Shown: positions 19,750 through 30,747, counted from the stretch's first letter. The stretch: 57,396 nucleotides of DNA from an uncultured virus (IMG/VR IMGVR_UViG_3300002835_000040) (IMGVR_UViG_3300002835_000040); one strand, 5' to 3'. Notes: generated by a model from the letters alone, not told the origin. A program made the numbers and translations.

Positions 19750-20444
19750 TAAAGCACCCATTACACAAAATCTTATTTATTGACATTGAAACTGTTGGGG
19801 TTTCAAGTAATTATGAAAATTTCAAAAAGGATTATCCTGAACTTCATTTCCAATTTATTAATTATTTGGATTGGTTTAAAAAAAGGTTTCCTGAAGATAG
19901 TGAATTAAGTTTGGACGAAATATTTGTTAACAGAGCCGCTCTTGTTCCCGAATTTTCAAAGATTGTTTGTGTTTCAGTAGGATTTGTTGACCCAAAGGGT
20001 GATATTAAAAAACAAAGTTTCTTTAACTCAGACGAAAAAGTATTACTTAAAGACGCTAACACATTATTAAATCGTGTAGACAAGTTAGGATTTATTCTTT
20101 GCGGACATAATCTTAAGAACTTTGATATTCCTGTATTAGCAAAAAGAATGTTAATAAATGGTATCTTACCATCATCAATACTTCCATCTTATGATACTAA
20201 ACCGTGGGAAATTAAGGCAATAGATACAAAAGAAATTTGGCAGTACGGACAATTTGGTGCTATTAGTTCATTAGAATTAATGTGTGTATCACTTGGTATT
20301 GAAAGTCCTAAAAACATGGAAGTGACTGGTAATAAAGTTCATAACGCATTTTGGAATGAAAACAAATACCAAGAAATTCAAGACTATTGTGAAAAAGATG
20401 TTGAAGTATTAATAAAAGTTTTAATAAAGTTAACAAACTTATGA
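19746..20444 (+). CDS. Stand-alone DEDDy 3'-5' exonuclease (PolB-exonuclease-like)
   Basis: FIDIETV, GHNLKNFDIP, YCEKDV. Confidence 0.88.
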   Translation: MIKHPLHKILFIDIETVGVSSNYENFKKDYPELHFQFINYLDWFKKRFPEDSELSLDEIFVNRAALVPEFSKIVCVSVGFVDPKGDIKKQSFFNSDEKVLLKDANTLLNRVDKLGFILCGHNLKNFDIPVLAKRMLINGILPSSILPSYDTKPWEIKAIDTKEIWQYGQFGAISSLELMCVSLGIESPKNMEVTGNKVHNAFWNENKYQEIQDYCEKDVEVLIKVLIKLTNL

Positions 20445-21025
20445 GTAAAGAATTAGATTTTAAAGAAGAATTAGAGACATTACAAAATTTTTTAAAACAA
20501 ATGTCCAATCCTGACACAGATGAAAATGAATTATTAATTTCGGATGAAGAGTTATCAAATTTGAGTGAAGAAATGGAAAATATGATTTATAAAGTTGACC
20601 TTAACTACTCTTCAAAAGAAGGAAGAATATTAAGTTACAATTATGAATCCGATAGTGGGTTTGACTTATATTCTATTGAACAAATCACTATACCTGCCTT
20701 TGGTAGAGCTTTAGTTCCAACAGGTATTGTTTTAGATATCCCTGAAGGATTTGAGGTACAGATAAGGTCTAAAAGTGGTTTAGCTCTTAATCAGGGATTA
20801 ATGGTGTTAAATAGTCCTGGAACAATTGACCAAGGGTACATTGGTGAAATTAAAGTAATAATCTTTAACACTAATAACCATTCAGTAATAATTGAACGAG
20901 GTATGAAAGTTGCTCAAGCTGTTTTAGCAAATGTCGTTAGTGGAAAATTTGTAACATTAAATAAAATTGAAAATGTGGACCAAAAAGAAAGAGGTTCTAA
21001 TGGTTTTGGAAGTACAGGAATATGA
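20441..21025 (+). CDS. dut: Trimeric dUTPase
   Basis: DSGFDL, RSKSGLA (K in place of the usual R), PGTIDQGYIGEI, VAQ, RGSNGFGSTG. Confidence 0.93.
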   Translation: MSKELDFKEELETLQNFLKQMSNPDTDENELLISDEELSNLSEEMENMIYKVDLNYSSKEGRILSYNYESDSGFDLYSIEQITIPAFGRALVPTGIVLDIPEGFEVQIRSKSGLALNQGLMVLNSPGTIDQGYIGEIKVIIFNTNNHSVIIERGMKVAQAVLANVVSGKFVTLNKIENVDQKERGSNGFGSTGI

Positions 21026-22659
21026 TAACAATAGGATATAGTACACGAAATTCTAACCCTGGATTTCAAGAATATTTAAAAAAATCTTCTGGACACCCCA
21101 AGGTTCAAATTATTGAAAAGGTAAACAATGGTGAAAAAAATCTTTCACAAGTTTATAACGAGATTATATCAGAATCTAATTTTGATATAATTGTATTATG
21201 TCATGACGATATCTATTTTGACACAAATAATTGGGCATCAAAATTAGTTAAACAATTTGATAAAAATCTTGATTATGGAATATTTGGTATGGCAGGTACA
21301 ACAGAAATGCCTACAAGTGGAATGTGGTGGGAAGATAGGTCAAAGATGTATGGTATAGTAAATCATGAATCTGAAGGTAAAAAATGGGAATCAAAATATT
21401 CTGAGTCATTAGGAAATGATATTAAAGAAGTAGTTGTTGTTGATGGTGTGTTTATTGCAATTAACAAACAAAAGATTAATTCTAATTTTGACGAAACAGT
21501 TAGTGGATTTCACATGTACGATGTCAATTTTTGTTTTAAAAATTTTTTAGAAAATGTTAAAATTGGTGTTTTAACTAATATCAGATTAACACATAAATCT
21601 ATTGGAATGACAAATGAAAAGTGGGAAGAAAATAAAAATTTATTTGCTAGGAAATATTCAGAATTTTTACCTAAAAAAGTAAAATTTACTGAACATAGTA
21701 AATTAAATGTATTAATATCATGTTTATTTTTTCAAAAATTTACAGGTTCTGAGATGTATGTTTTTGAACTTGCTAAAAATTTGGTAAAACAAAATTGTGA
21801 TGTCACAATTGTTGCCTCTGAAACAAATGGTCCATTAGTGTTAATGGCAACTAAATTAGGGATTAAAGTTAAAAATATTAAAGAACCACCTGGATATAAA
21901 TTAGGTGATGGACAATGGGTTGTAATGACACCTGAAGGTCCTAAACCATCAATCCCTAATAATTATTATAAAATTTCAGAAACCCATTTTGATATTATCC
22001 ATTGTCAACATAAACCTATTGTTAATATGATGAATTTGTTATATCCAAATGTTGATAAAATATCAACAATTCATTCTGAAGTAATTGAATTAGAAAATCC
22101 TGTTATTCATCCGTCAATTAAAAAATATATTGCAATTAGACCTGAGATTAAAGAACATATTATTTCTAATTTTAACATATCTGAAAATATGGTTGACGTT
22201 ATCTATAACCCAATAGATGAAACTAAATTTTTTAATAAAGATTTAAATTCTGAAAATTACGTTCTATTTGTCGGTTCAATTGATTACCTGAGAGAAAAAA
22301 CTATACGTGATTTAATTGAGTACACTAAAGAAAATAATAAAGAATTATGGTTAGTCGGTGAAAACAAATCAAATTATCTTTCAGATATAACTAAAAATTC
22401 TCATGTTAAATTTCATGGACCAACATTAGACGTGGATAAATATATTCATAAATGTTCTGAAACCGCAGGAATACTTTTAGGTAGAACTACTATTGAAGGA
22501 TGGATGTGTGGTAAAAAAGGATGGATATATGATGTGGATAATATGGGTAACGTAATTAATAAAGAATTATTTGATATTCCTGAGGACACTGATAAATTTA
22601 AATCTTTAAATGTTACTCAAAAAATTAAAAAAAGTTATTTAGATATATTAAATAAATGA
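21022..22659 (+). CDS. Two-domain glycosyltransferase (GT-A/GT2-like plus GT-B/GT4-like)
   Basis: N-half LSQVYN, LCHDDI, VVDGVF, FHMYDV; C-half TGSEMYVFELAKNL, IYNPID, GRTTIEGWMCG. Confidence 0.85.
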   Translation: MITIGYSTRNSNPGFQEYLKKSSGHPKVQIIEKVNNGEKNLSQVYNEIISESNFDIIVLCHDDIYFDTNNWASKLVKQFDKNLDYGIFGMAGTTEMPTSGMWWEDRSKMYGIVNHESEGKKWESKYSESLGNDIKEVVVVDGVFIAINKQKINSNFDETVSGFHMYDVNFCFKNFLENVKIGVLTNIRLTHKSIGMTNEKWEENKNLFARKYSEFLPKKVKFTEHSKLNVLISCLFFQKFTGSEMYVFELAKNLVKQNCDVTIVASETNGPLVLMATKLGIKVKNIKEPPGYKLGDGQWVVMTPEGPKPSIPNNYYKISETHFDIIHCQHKPIVNMMNLLYPNVDKISTIHSEVIELENPVIHPSIKKYIAIRPEIKEHIISNFNISENMVDVIYNPIDETKFFNKDLNSENYVLFVGSIDYLREKTIRDLIEYTKENNKELWLVGENKSNYLSDITKNSHVKFHGPTLDVDKYIHKCSETAGILLGRTTIEGWMCGKKGWIYDVDNMGNVINKELFDIPEDTDKFKSLNVTQKIKKSYLDILNK

Positions 22660-23339
22660 TAGTTGGTAATGGGTTAATTGCTTCAGTTTTTTTAAAAAAT
22701 GAAGAAAATTATAAAGATTATATTATTTTTGCATCAGGTGTTTCCTCATCAAAAGAGACTAAATATGAGGAATTTGAAAGAGAAAAAACTTTATTAAAAA
22801 ATGTATTAAAAAAAAATAATGATTTAAAATTAATATATTTCAGTACTATTCTTTCAGATAAAATTGATAATCCTTATTATCAACACAAATTAAATATTGA
22901 AAATTATATAAAAAAAAATTGTAACAATTATAAAATTTATAGAATACCACAAATTCTAGGTTATAGTGGAAATAATGATAATTTAGTTAATTATTTCGTA
23001 AATAAAATAAAAAAAAACGAGGAGATTAGTTTATATAAAAATGTTAAAAGGTCAATTTTAGACGTTGAGGATTTAAAAAACATTGTTGATGTAAACATAA
23101 AGAGTCCAAAAAATGAAATATTAAATATATCATCAATTGAAAAAATAAGTGTTGTTAATTTATGTAAAAAAATTGGGGATATCCTTAATATAAAACCAAA
23201 AATTAAAACTATTATTGTTGATACAAAATTAGATTGGGATACACGAAATAGTAGAAAAATTAATGAAATAATTAATAGTTTAGATTTAATTAAAAAAAAT
23301 TATACTAATAACACATTAATAAAATATATTAAAAAATAA
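22656..23339 (+). CDS. NAD-dependent epimerase/dehydratase-like (extended SDR)
   Basis: MIVGNGLIA, IFASGVS, YFST, YYQHK (YxxxK). Confidence 0.75.
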   Translation: MIVGNGLIASVFLKNEENYKDYIIFASGVSSSKETKYEEFEREKTLLKNVLKKNNDLKLIYFSTILSDKIDNPYYQHKLNIENYIKKNCNNYKIYRIPQILGYSGNNDNLVNYFVNKIKKNEEISLYKNVKRSILDVEDLKNIVDVNIKSPKNEILNISSIEKISVVNLCKKIGDILNIKPKIKTIIVDTKLDWDTRNSRKINEIINSLDLIKKNYTNNTLIKYIKK

Positions 23340-23340
23340 T

Positions 23341-24057
23341 ATGGTAATTTTAACAGGTTTTTATAACGCTGAAAAATATATTGAGCGTTCTTTATTATCA
23401 ATAATGAGTCAAAGATTTAAAGATTTTACTTGTTATATCACACATGATATGTCCACAGACAATTCAGTTAATATCGTTAAAGAATTAATTAAAGATGACA
23501 ATCGTTTCATACTTATTGACAATTATGAAAAAAAACTTTATCAAGCAGGAAATTTTGATAATGTAATTCGTTATAACAAAAATATTAGTGATAATGAGGT
23601 ATTAGTTGAGGTTGATGGAGATGACTGGTTACCAGATTCGAATGTTTTAACAAGAATCAATGAAGTTTATTCTGACCCTAATGTTTGGATAGCAAATGGT
23701 AGCTTTAAATACTCAAACGGTACTACAGGATTTGCCAAACCCCAAACAAATTTTGAAAATTTAAGGTCACAAGTTTTTACAGCATCCCATATTCGTACTT
23801 GGAGAGCTTTTTTATGGAGAAAAATTAAAGAAGAAGATTTAAAAGATGAAAATGGTAATTATTGGCAATGGAGTGGTGATTTATGTTTTATGTATCCTAT
23901 GTTAGAAATGTCAGGAGAAGAACATTATAAGTTTATGAATGAAATTAATTATGTATATAATGCTGAAAATCCGATAAATGAACATAAAGTCAATATGGGG
24001 ATGGTTACTAACCATTCGTCAAAAATAAGAGAAAAAAAACCTTATAGTAAAATTTAA
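23341..24057 (+). CDS. Glycosyltransferase family 2
   Basis: YNAEKYIERSL, HDMSTDNS, EVDGDDW. Confidence 0.88.
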   Translation: MVILTGFYNAEKYIERSLLSIMSQRFKDFTCYITHDMSTDNSVNIVKELIKDDNRFILIDNYEKKLYQAGNFDNVIRYNKNISDNEVLVEVDGDDWLPDSNVLTRINEVYSDPNVWIANGSFKYSNGTTGFAKPQTNFENLRSQVFTASHIRTWRAFLWRKIKEEDLKDENGNYWQWSGDLCFMYPMLEMSGEEHYKFMNEINYVYNAENPINEHKVNMGMVTNHSSKIREKKPYSKI

Positions 24058-24058
24058 A

Positions 24059-24781
24059 ATGAAAATGTCTAAAAACTTTAATCCAAAAATTTCAGTATGT
24101 ATTCCCTCATACGAGGCAAATGGTAGAGGTGTCGAATTTATTGATAAAAACATCCAATCAATTCTTTCTCAAACCTATAAAAATATAGAAATTATTGTTT
24201 CTGACCATTCAAAAGATGACTCAATTGAAAATTACATTAAAGAGTTGAAGTTGGATAATATAATATATTTGAGAAATACTGAGTACATCGGGTGGCCGGC
24301 ACATAACACTAACAACGCAATTAAAAACTCTACAGGAGATTATATCAAATTAATGAATTTAGACGACTTTATGGTTGGTAATGATTGCATTAAACTAATG
24401 GTTGATTTATTAGATGAAGGTAATCAATGGGTTGTCAGTGGATGCATTCACTATGATTATGGTAATGGAAATTGGATAAATCCAATAATTCCAAAAATTG
24501 ATGGTGACGGTAAACATTTAATTAAAGGTATTAATTTTGTTGGGTGTCCAAGTGTAGGTTTAATTCCTCGTAATGAATATTTTGACACCGAAGTTTTATA
24601 TATGATTGATTGCGAACTTTGGTATCGTATGTTTATAACATATGGTTACCCTGGAGTTTTAAAAGATTATAAGATTGCCGTTGGAGTTGGTGACCACACG
24701 TTAACAAGTCAATGGGAGTCAAAATATAATGAGTTACTTTATAAAGATATTGAGTATTGTAATAAAAAATTTTTAATATGA
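24059..24781 (+). CDS. Glycosyltransferase family 2
   Basis: ISVCIPSYE, SILSQTYKNIEIIVSDHS, NLDD, VGCPS, IDCELW. Confidence 0.88.
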   Translation: MKMSKNFNPKISVCIPSYEANGRGVEFIDKNIQSILSQTYKNIEIIVSDHSKDDSIENYIKELKLDNIIYLRNTEYIGWPAHNTNNAIKNSTGDYIKLMNLDDFMVGNDCIKLMVDLLDEGNQWVVSGCIHYDYGNGNWINPIIPKIDGDGKHLIKGINFVGCPSVGLIPRNEYFDTEVLYMIDCELWYRMFITYGYPGVLKDYKIAVGVGDHTLTSQWESKYNELLYKDIEYCNKKFLI

Positions 24782-25935
24782 AAAATATACAATTGTTTGT
24801 TCCAAAATTTAGGAACGAAGAAATTTTTGAACACATGTCAACTTGTTTAGATAAAGGTTGGACAGGATTAGGGTTTAAAACTGTTGAGATTGAAAATGAA
24901 TGGAAAAATTATACTGGTTTACCTCACGCTCATTTTATAAACTCAAACACGTCAGGTCTTCATTTAGCGGTAAAAATATTGAAGGATACAAATAAATGGT
25001 CAGATGATGATGAAATCATCACAAGTCCATTAACATTTGTATCATCAAATCATGCAATAATGTATGAAAATTTAAAACCTATATTTGCAGATATTGATGA
25101 GTATTTGTGTTTAGACCCTGTATCAGTTGAATCAAAAATAACTAAAAAAACAAAAGCGATTTTATTTATTGGTATTGGTGGTAACACTGGTGAACTTTAT
25201 AAAATTATTGATTTATGTAAAAAACATAAATTAAAATTAATTTTAGACGCCGCTCACATGTCGGGTACATTTGCAAAAAATCCATCTACAGGTGAAATTG
25301 AGCATGTTGGTCATGGGGCAGATGTAACTGTATTTAGTTTTCAAGCAGTTAAAAATTTACCAACTGCTGATTCAGGTATGGTTTGTTTTGCAAATGAAGA
25401 CTACGATACTTTAGTTAGAAAACTATCATGGTTAGGTATTGATAAAGACACATACCAAAGAACTAATGATAAAGGCAATTACAAATGGGAATATGATTTA
25501 GTTGATGTCGGTTACAAATACCATGGAAACTCAATGATGGCTTCAATGGCATTAGTTGGTTTAAAATACCTCGACAAAGACAATAATAGAAGACGAGAAA
25601 TCTGTGAAAAATACGAAAAAGAGTTAACTAAACACGGGATTCAAACAATAAAGACTCAAAAAGATTGTGTTTTATCGTCAAGACATTTATTTCAAATTGT
25701 AGTTAATCAAAGAAATAAATTTATGGAATTATTAAATTCAAGTGGGATTTATCCGGGGGTTCATTACAGAGATAACACACATTATAAAATGTATAAATAC
25801 GGACTAGGAACTTGCCCAAACTCTTTAACTATTTCTGAAAAATTAATAACATTACCTTTACACATGAATTTAACTGAAAATGATATAGAATATATTATAG
25901 AAAAGGTTATTGAAATAAATAAAAATTTAAATTGA
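24778..25935 (+). CDS. DegT/DnrJ/EryC1/StrS PLP-dependent sugar aminotransferase
   Basis: NSNTSGLHLA, LTFVSS, LDAAH, FSFQAVKNLPTADSGM (catalytic Lys present), GYKY. Confidence 0.92.
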   Translation: MKNIQLFVPKFRNEEIFEHMSTCLDKGWTGLGFKTVEIENEWKNYTGLPHAHFINSNTSGLHLAVKILKDTNKWSDDDEIITSPLTFVSSNHAIMYENLKPIFADIDEYLCLDPVSVESKITKKTKAILFIGIGGNTGELYKIIDLCKKHKLKLILDAAHMSGTFAKNPSTGEIEHVGHGADVTVFSFQAVKNLPTADSGMVCFANEDYDTLVRKLSWLGIDKDTYQRTNDKGNYKWEYDLVDVGYKYHGNSMMASMALVGLKYLDKDNNRRREICEKYEKELTKHGIQTIKTQKDCVLSSRHLFQIVVNQRNKFMELLNSSGIYPGVHYRDNTHYKMYKYGLGTCPNSLTISEKLITLPLHMNLTENDIEYIIEKVIEINKNLN

Positions 25936-25936
25936 T

Positions 25937-26356
25937 ATGTTAATTATTCGTGATTTTAAAAGAGATGACTCAACGTGTGAACTATTAGAAGTACTTAAAG
26001 AAGTTTGGTCAGTAGATGAAATAAGTGAATTAACATTAGACAATTGGTTTAAAAATGATAATTACATGGTAATTGCTGAATTTGACGGTAAAATTATTGG
26101 TTCAGCAACTTTACATTTACAACAAAAAATTATTCGTAACGGAGGTATTGCTGGTTGTATTGAGGATGTTGTGGTTAAACAATCTTATAGAGGAAATAAT
26201 ATTGGCACCCAATTAATACAAGAATTAATTAAAAAAGCCGAAAATCTTGGGTGTTATAAAGTAATACTGTCTTGTTTTCCTGATAGAATAAATTTTTATA
26301 AAAAAAATGGTTTTTTTGTGGAATCAACCACCATGAGATATAATTTTAAAAAATGA
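25937..26356 (+). CDS. GNAT acetyltransferase, glucosamine-6-phosphate N-acetyltransferase (GNA1)-like
   Basis: KIIRNGG..GCIEDVVV..YRG..IG..LI....LGCYKVILSC...FY.KNGF. Confidence 0.85.
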   Translation: MLIIRDFKRDDSTCELLEVLKEVWSVDEISELTLDNWFKNDNYMVIAEFDGKIIGSATLHLQQKIIRNGGIAGCIEDVVVKQSYRGNNIGTQLIQELIKKAENLGCYKVILSCFPDRINFYKKNGFFVESTTMRYNFKK

Positions 26357-27066
26357 AATTTGCAATTATTATAAGTACGTACAAAAGGGATGATGGTAAT
26401 ACACCTTTTTTACTTAAAAGATGTTTAAATTCCATATCAAATCAATTACATGATGATTATAAAATTTTTTTAATAGGAGACCGTTATGAAAATAACGAAG
26501 AATTTATAGAAATTTGTAATACTTTTGAAAACAAAGATAAAATATATTTTGAAAATTTAAATATTGCGTCAGAAAGAGACGTTTTTAATAATAAACTTAA
26601 CATTTGGAAATTTGGGGGAGTAAACGCTGTAAATCACGCCATAGATATTTCTAAAAATGAAGGATTTAATTATATTGTTAGGATTGACCATGATGATTTT
26701 TGGGAAAATAATCATTTAAAATCAATTAATGATTGTATTGAACTAACTAATTCAGCGTTTGTTTGTACAAAAAGTAAATATTATGGTGAAGTTTTACCAA
26801 GTACCCCAAGCCATGAAAAATATATAGAATTTAAACCGTCTCCAGGAAATTTAGTTCACTCATCGATATGTTTTGATTTAAATCAACTACCATTAAAATA
26901 TAGAACTTTAGGAGATATAAAATGTGGTGTATACGCCGCAGATGGATGTTTATATTTAGAAATTGCAGAATTAGTTGAAAAAAATAATTTAAAGTCTATA
27001 TTGATAAATGAAATTACTTGTAATGTAGAAAGTGATTCATTTTTTATAAGAAATGGTCGTAATTAA
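26353..27066 (+). CDS. Glycosyltransferase family 2
   Basis: IIISTYKR, LKRCLNSISNQ, RIDHDDFW, ADG. Confidence 0.8.
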   Translation: MKFAIIISTYKRDDGNTPFLLKRCLNSISNQLHDDYKIFLIGDRYENNEEFIEICNTFENKDKIYFENLNIASERDVFNNKLNIWKFGGVNAVNHAIDISKNEGFNYIVRIDHDDFWENNHLKSINDCIELTNSAFVCTKSKYYGEVLPSTPSHEKYIEFKPSPGNLVHSSICFDLNQLPLKYRTLGDIKCGVYAADGCLYLEIAELVEKNNLKSILINEITCNVESDSFFIRNGRN

Positions 27067-27080
27067 TATTAATTAAAAAA

Positions 27081-27884
27081 ATGTATACTGTAGAAAAAAT
27101 ATCAAATTGGGATATTAGAGTTGATATCCAAACAAATAAACCGTGTCAGCTATACGTAGACACGTTTCCGTCATCACCTAAACAATGTTTAAGAGTTCTT
27201 TGGTCTGTTGAACCAAATGAAATTGCAGGATTAAGAGATATTGTAATTAATAGACATAAAGAGTTTGATTTAATATTAACTTGGCACAAAGAAGTATTGG
27301 ATAATTGTTCAAACGCCAGATTATTCCCACACGGGATGTCTTGGATTTTAGATTTTGATTTAACAAAAGAAAAAGAATATTGTGTAACCTCTATTGTTGG
27401 TGGTAAAAAGTTAACCCTAAATCATATTGTTAGACAAGAATTACCAACAGTAATAAACCAAGTTACTTCAGTACCATTACATTTATTTAATAGTAAAAAT
27501 AATCCATATAACGGAAAACCTACAATTGATAGATTTATACAAAATAGTGATATAAAAAATGAATTATTTTATTCTCAATATCATATATCTATTGAAAACG
27601 TATGTCAACCAAATTATTTCAGTGAAAAACTTATTGATTGTTTTCAAACCAATACTATCCCAATTTATTTAGGATGTCCAAACATTGAAAATTTCTTTGA
27701 TGTTAGAGGTATGTTTATAGTTAAAACTTTGGATGACATTGTTAATGTTTGTAATTTAATTACACCTGAAACATACAATGAAATGTTACCTTACGTTAAA
27801 GAAAATTACAAAAGAAGTATCAAATACGCTAAGTTCAGAGAAACATTAAGAGATGAAATAATTGAATTTGTTAAAAATTATTAA
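27081..27884 (+). CDS. GT10 (alpha-1,3-fucosyltransferase-like) glycosyltransferase
   Basis: YHISIEN...YFSEKLIDCF...IPIYLG, the alpha-1,3-FucT motif. Confidence 0.82.
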   Translation: MYTVEKISNWDIRVDIQTNKPCQLYVDTFPSSPKQCLRVLWSVEPNEIAGLRDIVINRHKEFDLILTWHKEVLDNCSNARLFPHGMSWILDFDLTKEKEYCVTSIVGGKKLTLNHIVRQELPTVINQVTSVPLHLFNSKNNPYNGKPTIDRFIQNSDIKNELFYSQYHISIENVCQPNYFSEKLIDCFQTNTIPIYLGCPNIENFFDVRGMFIVKTLDDIVNVCNLITPETYNEMLPYVKENYKRSIKYAKFRETLRDEIIEFVKNY

Positions 27885-27890
27885 TTTATT

Positions 27891-28673
27891 ATGAATTTCG
27901 TTTCGACAAAATTAATGGGTGGTTTGGGAAACTATCTATTCCAAATAGCGACAGCGTATTGTCTATGTTTAAGGGACAATAAAGAATTATTATGTGATGT
28001 GTCAGATTCTATAGTACCACATAAACCATATGTATATTATTTATCAAATATTTTCAGAAAAATTAATTTTATTAATGGTTTTAGTAATTTTACACCATTA
28101 GGGGAAAATGGGTTTTCATACAGTCAATTACCTAAAATTGATGGGAATGTAAAATTGTACGGTTATTTTCAAAGTGAAAAATATTTTATGGATTATAGAA
28201 ATGAAATATTAGAACTTTTTAAAATAGATGATGAAACAAACCAAAAAATAACTGATAAGTATAATGAATTATTAACACTTAATACTTGTTCTATTCATGT
28301 TAGACGTGGTGATTATTTGGGTTTACAAAATTATCATCCAATACAGACTATCGAGTATTATCAAAATGCAATTAAAATTATTGGAGAAGAAAACCATTTT
28401 GTAATATTTTCTGATGATATAAAATGGTGTGAAGAAAACTTTAATTTCCTAAAAAACAAAACATTTATATCAGGTAATACGGATTATGAAGACCTATATT
28501 TAATGTCAATGTGTAAACATAACATAATAGCCAATTCAACATTTAGTTGGTGGGGTGGATGGTTAAATTGTAATATTGATAAAAAAGTAATAATACCATC
28601 TAAATGGTTTGGGATTTCCAATTCACATTTAAATACTAATGATTTATATTGTAATAAATGGATTAAATTATGA
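27891..28673 (+). CDS. GT11 alpha-1,2-fucosyl/colitosyltransferase
   Basis: GGLGNYLFQIA, GYFQSEKYF, SIHVRRGDY, FSDD, NSTFSWW. Confidence 0.92.
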   Translation: MNFVSTKLMGGLGNYLFQIATAYCLCLRDNKELLCDVSDSIVPHKPYVYYLSNIFRKINFINGFSNFTPLGENGFSYSQLPKIDGNVKLYGYFQSEKYFMDYRNEILELFKIDDETNQKITDKYNELLTLNTCSIHVRRGDYLGLQNYHPIQTIEYYQNAIKIIGEENHFVIFSDDIKWCEENFNFLKNKTFISGNTDYEDLYLMSMCKHNIIANSTFSWWGGWLNCNIDKKVIIPSKWFGISNSHLNTNDLYCNKWIKL

Positions 28674-29590
28674 AAGTATTAGTTACAGGTTCAAATGGAT
28701 TATTAGGACGAGCATTAAAAAAAGTTTTAGGAGATGGTCACGTCTACCATACACGAGAAGATGTTGATTTAACAAATTACGAAGAAACATTCAAGTTCTT
28801 TCAAGATAAAGTTTTAAATGAAGGTGTTGATACTATTATCCATACCGCAGCAAGAGTTGGCGGGGTTAACGCAAACATGAATAATAATCAATTATTTTTT
28901 GATGATAATTACATTATTAATAGTAATGTAATTAAAGTATGTTCACTTTTAAAAGTTGATAATTTTGTTAATATATTATCTACTTGTATTTTTCCTCATG
29001 AAAATATTGTTTACCCATTAACTTCAGAACAAATTGATAACGGGCCTCCCCACCCGTCAAATTACGGGTATTCATATGCGAAAAGATTATCAGGTTATGA
29101 AACACAAATTTTTAGAAATGTTTTAAATAAAAATTGGTATTCAGTTGTTCCTACAAATTTATATGGTCCTTATGATAATTTTAATTTAGAGGATAGTCAT
29201 TTAATACCTGGTATGATTCATAGAGCGTATTTGGCTAAACAAAATAATGAAAAATTTGTGATTTGGGGAGATGGTTCACCATTGAGACAATTTGTATATT
29301 CTGAGGATATGGCAAAATTAATTGTTTGGTCTTTAACTAATTGGGTGTCGGAAAAACATTGTATGATGATTGACGAAACCGAAATTTCAGTTATGGAAGT
29401 TGCAAACATTATTAGTAAAAAATTTGGGTTTAATGATGACGATTTAATTTTTGACGAAACAAAACCTAAAGGTCAATTTAAAAAACCTGCATCATCAGAC
29501 ATTAAAAATTTTAATTTTAAATCAATTGAAGACGGTATTAATGAAACTATTGATTGGTTTATACAAAATTACAAAACTGCCAGAAAATGA
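28670..29590 (+). CDS. fcl: GDP-L-fucose synthase / GDP-colitose synthase (Fcl/ColC family)
   Basis: VTGSNGLLG, AARVGG, STCIFP, YSYAKR, PTNLYGPYDNF, SHLIPG, WGDGSPLRQF. Confidence 0.9.
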   Translation: MKVLVTGSNGLLGRALKKVLGDGHVYHTREDVDLTNYEETFKFFQDKVLNEGVDTIIHTAARVGGVNANMNNNQLFFDDNYIINSNVIKVCSLLKVDNFVNILSTCIFPHENIVYPLTSEQIDNGPPHPSNYGYSYAKRLSGYETQIFRNVLNKNWYSVVPTNLYGPYDNFNLEDSHLIPGMIHRAYLAKQNNEKFVIWGDGSPLRQFVYSEDMAKLIVWSLTNWVSEKHCMMIDETEISVMEVANIISKKFGFNDDDLIFDETKPKGQFKKPASSDIKNFNFKSIEDGINETIDWFIQNYKTARK

Positions 29591-30747
29591 AAAAAATAGA
29601 TTTAATTCAAGATACAATTGATAACCAAGATATTGATAATCTTATTCAATGGTTAAAAGAATACCCAAGATTAACAAAAGGACCTAAAACGATTGAGTTT
29701 GAAAATAAATGGTGTGAATGGTTAGGGTCAAAATATTCTGTATTTGTTAATTCAGGGTCATCCGCAAATTTACTTATGTTATATGCTCTTAAAGCTCTTA
29801 ACATGTTAAAAAATAATAAAATTTGTGTACCATCATTATGTTGGGCAACAGATTTATCACCTGTACTTCAGTTTGATATGCACCCATTATTAATTGATTG
29901 TAATTTAGATAACTTGTCAGTTGATTTAAAACATTTGGAAGAAGTGTTCAAACATGAACAACCATCAGTATTAATCTTAGTTTCTGTACTTGGATTATCT
30001 CCTGACATGGATTCGATTGTTAAGTTATGTAAAAAATATGATGTTATTTTACTTGAAGATAATTGCGAATCTCAAGGAACTAAATTTAAAGGAACTAAAC
30101 TTGGTAACTTTGGTTTGATGTCGTCATTTTCAACGTATTTTGGGCATACTATGTCAACAATTGAGGGTGGTGTTATTACAACAAATAGTGAGGAAATTTA
30201 TCAGATATTATTACAACTTAGAAGTCATGGGTGGGATAGGGATTTACCTGAATCAAAACAAAAAGAATTGAGAAACAAGTGGGAAGTTTCTGATTTTTCA
30301 TCCCTTTATACGTTTTATGTTCCAGGGTTTAATTTAAGGAGTACTGATTTACAAGCTCAACTTGGGATTCAACAATTATTAAAAGTTGATAAAATGATTG
30401 ATAATAGATATAAAAACTTTTTATATTACAAATCTAAGTTAGAAGGTAAAACATGGTTTCCAGTAACTTTTGATGACAGTTATACGTCAAATTTTGCAAT
30501 ACCTTTTATCACTAAAACTATTGAAGATAAAAAAAGTTTAATTAAAGAGTTAGAAGAAAATAATATTGCTTGTCGTCCATTAATTTCGGGTTCAATGGGA
30601 ACACAACCATTTTATAAAAAAATATATGGTGAAAATAAACTACCTAATTGTTCAATTATTGATGATAGAGGAGTTTACGTACCAAATCATGATAAAATGA
30701 CAGTTGAGGATATTAATAGAATTTGTGACATCTTATTAAAATATTAA
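29587..30747 (+). CDS. ColD-like GDP-4-keto-6-deoxymannose 3-dehydratase (PLP fold, His in place of Lys); start revised to ATG 29587
   Basis: VNSGSSANLL, EDNCES, FSTYFGHTMSTIEGG (His at the catalytic-Lys position), LRSHGWDRDL, PGFNLR. Confidence 0.8.
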   Translation: MKKIDLIQDTIDNQDIDNLIQWLKEYPRLTKGPKTIEFENKWCEWLGSKYSVFVNSGSSANLLMLYALKALNMLKNNKICVPSLCWATDLSPVLQFDMHPLLIDCNLDNLSVDLKHLEEVFKHEQPSVLILVSVLGLSPDMDSIVKLCKKYDVILLEDNCESQGTKFKGTKLGNFGLMSSFSTYFGHTMSTIEGGVITTNSEEIYQILLQLRSHGWDRDLPESKQKELRNKWEVSDFSSLYTFYVPGFNLRSTDLQAQLGIQQLLKVDKMIDNRYKNFLYYKSKLEGKTWFPVTFDDSYTSNFAIPFITKTIEDKKSLIKELEENNIACRPLISGSMGTQPFYKKIYGENKLPNCSIIDDRGVYVPNHDKMTVEDINRICDILLKY

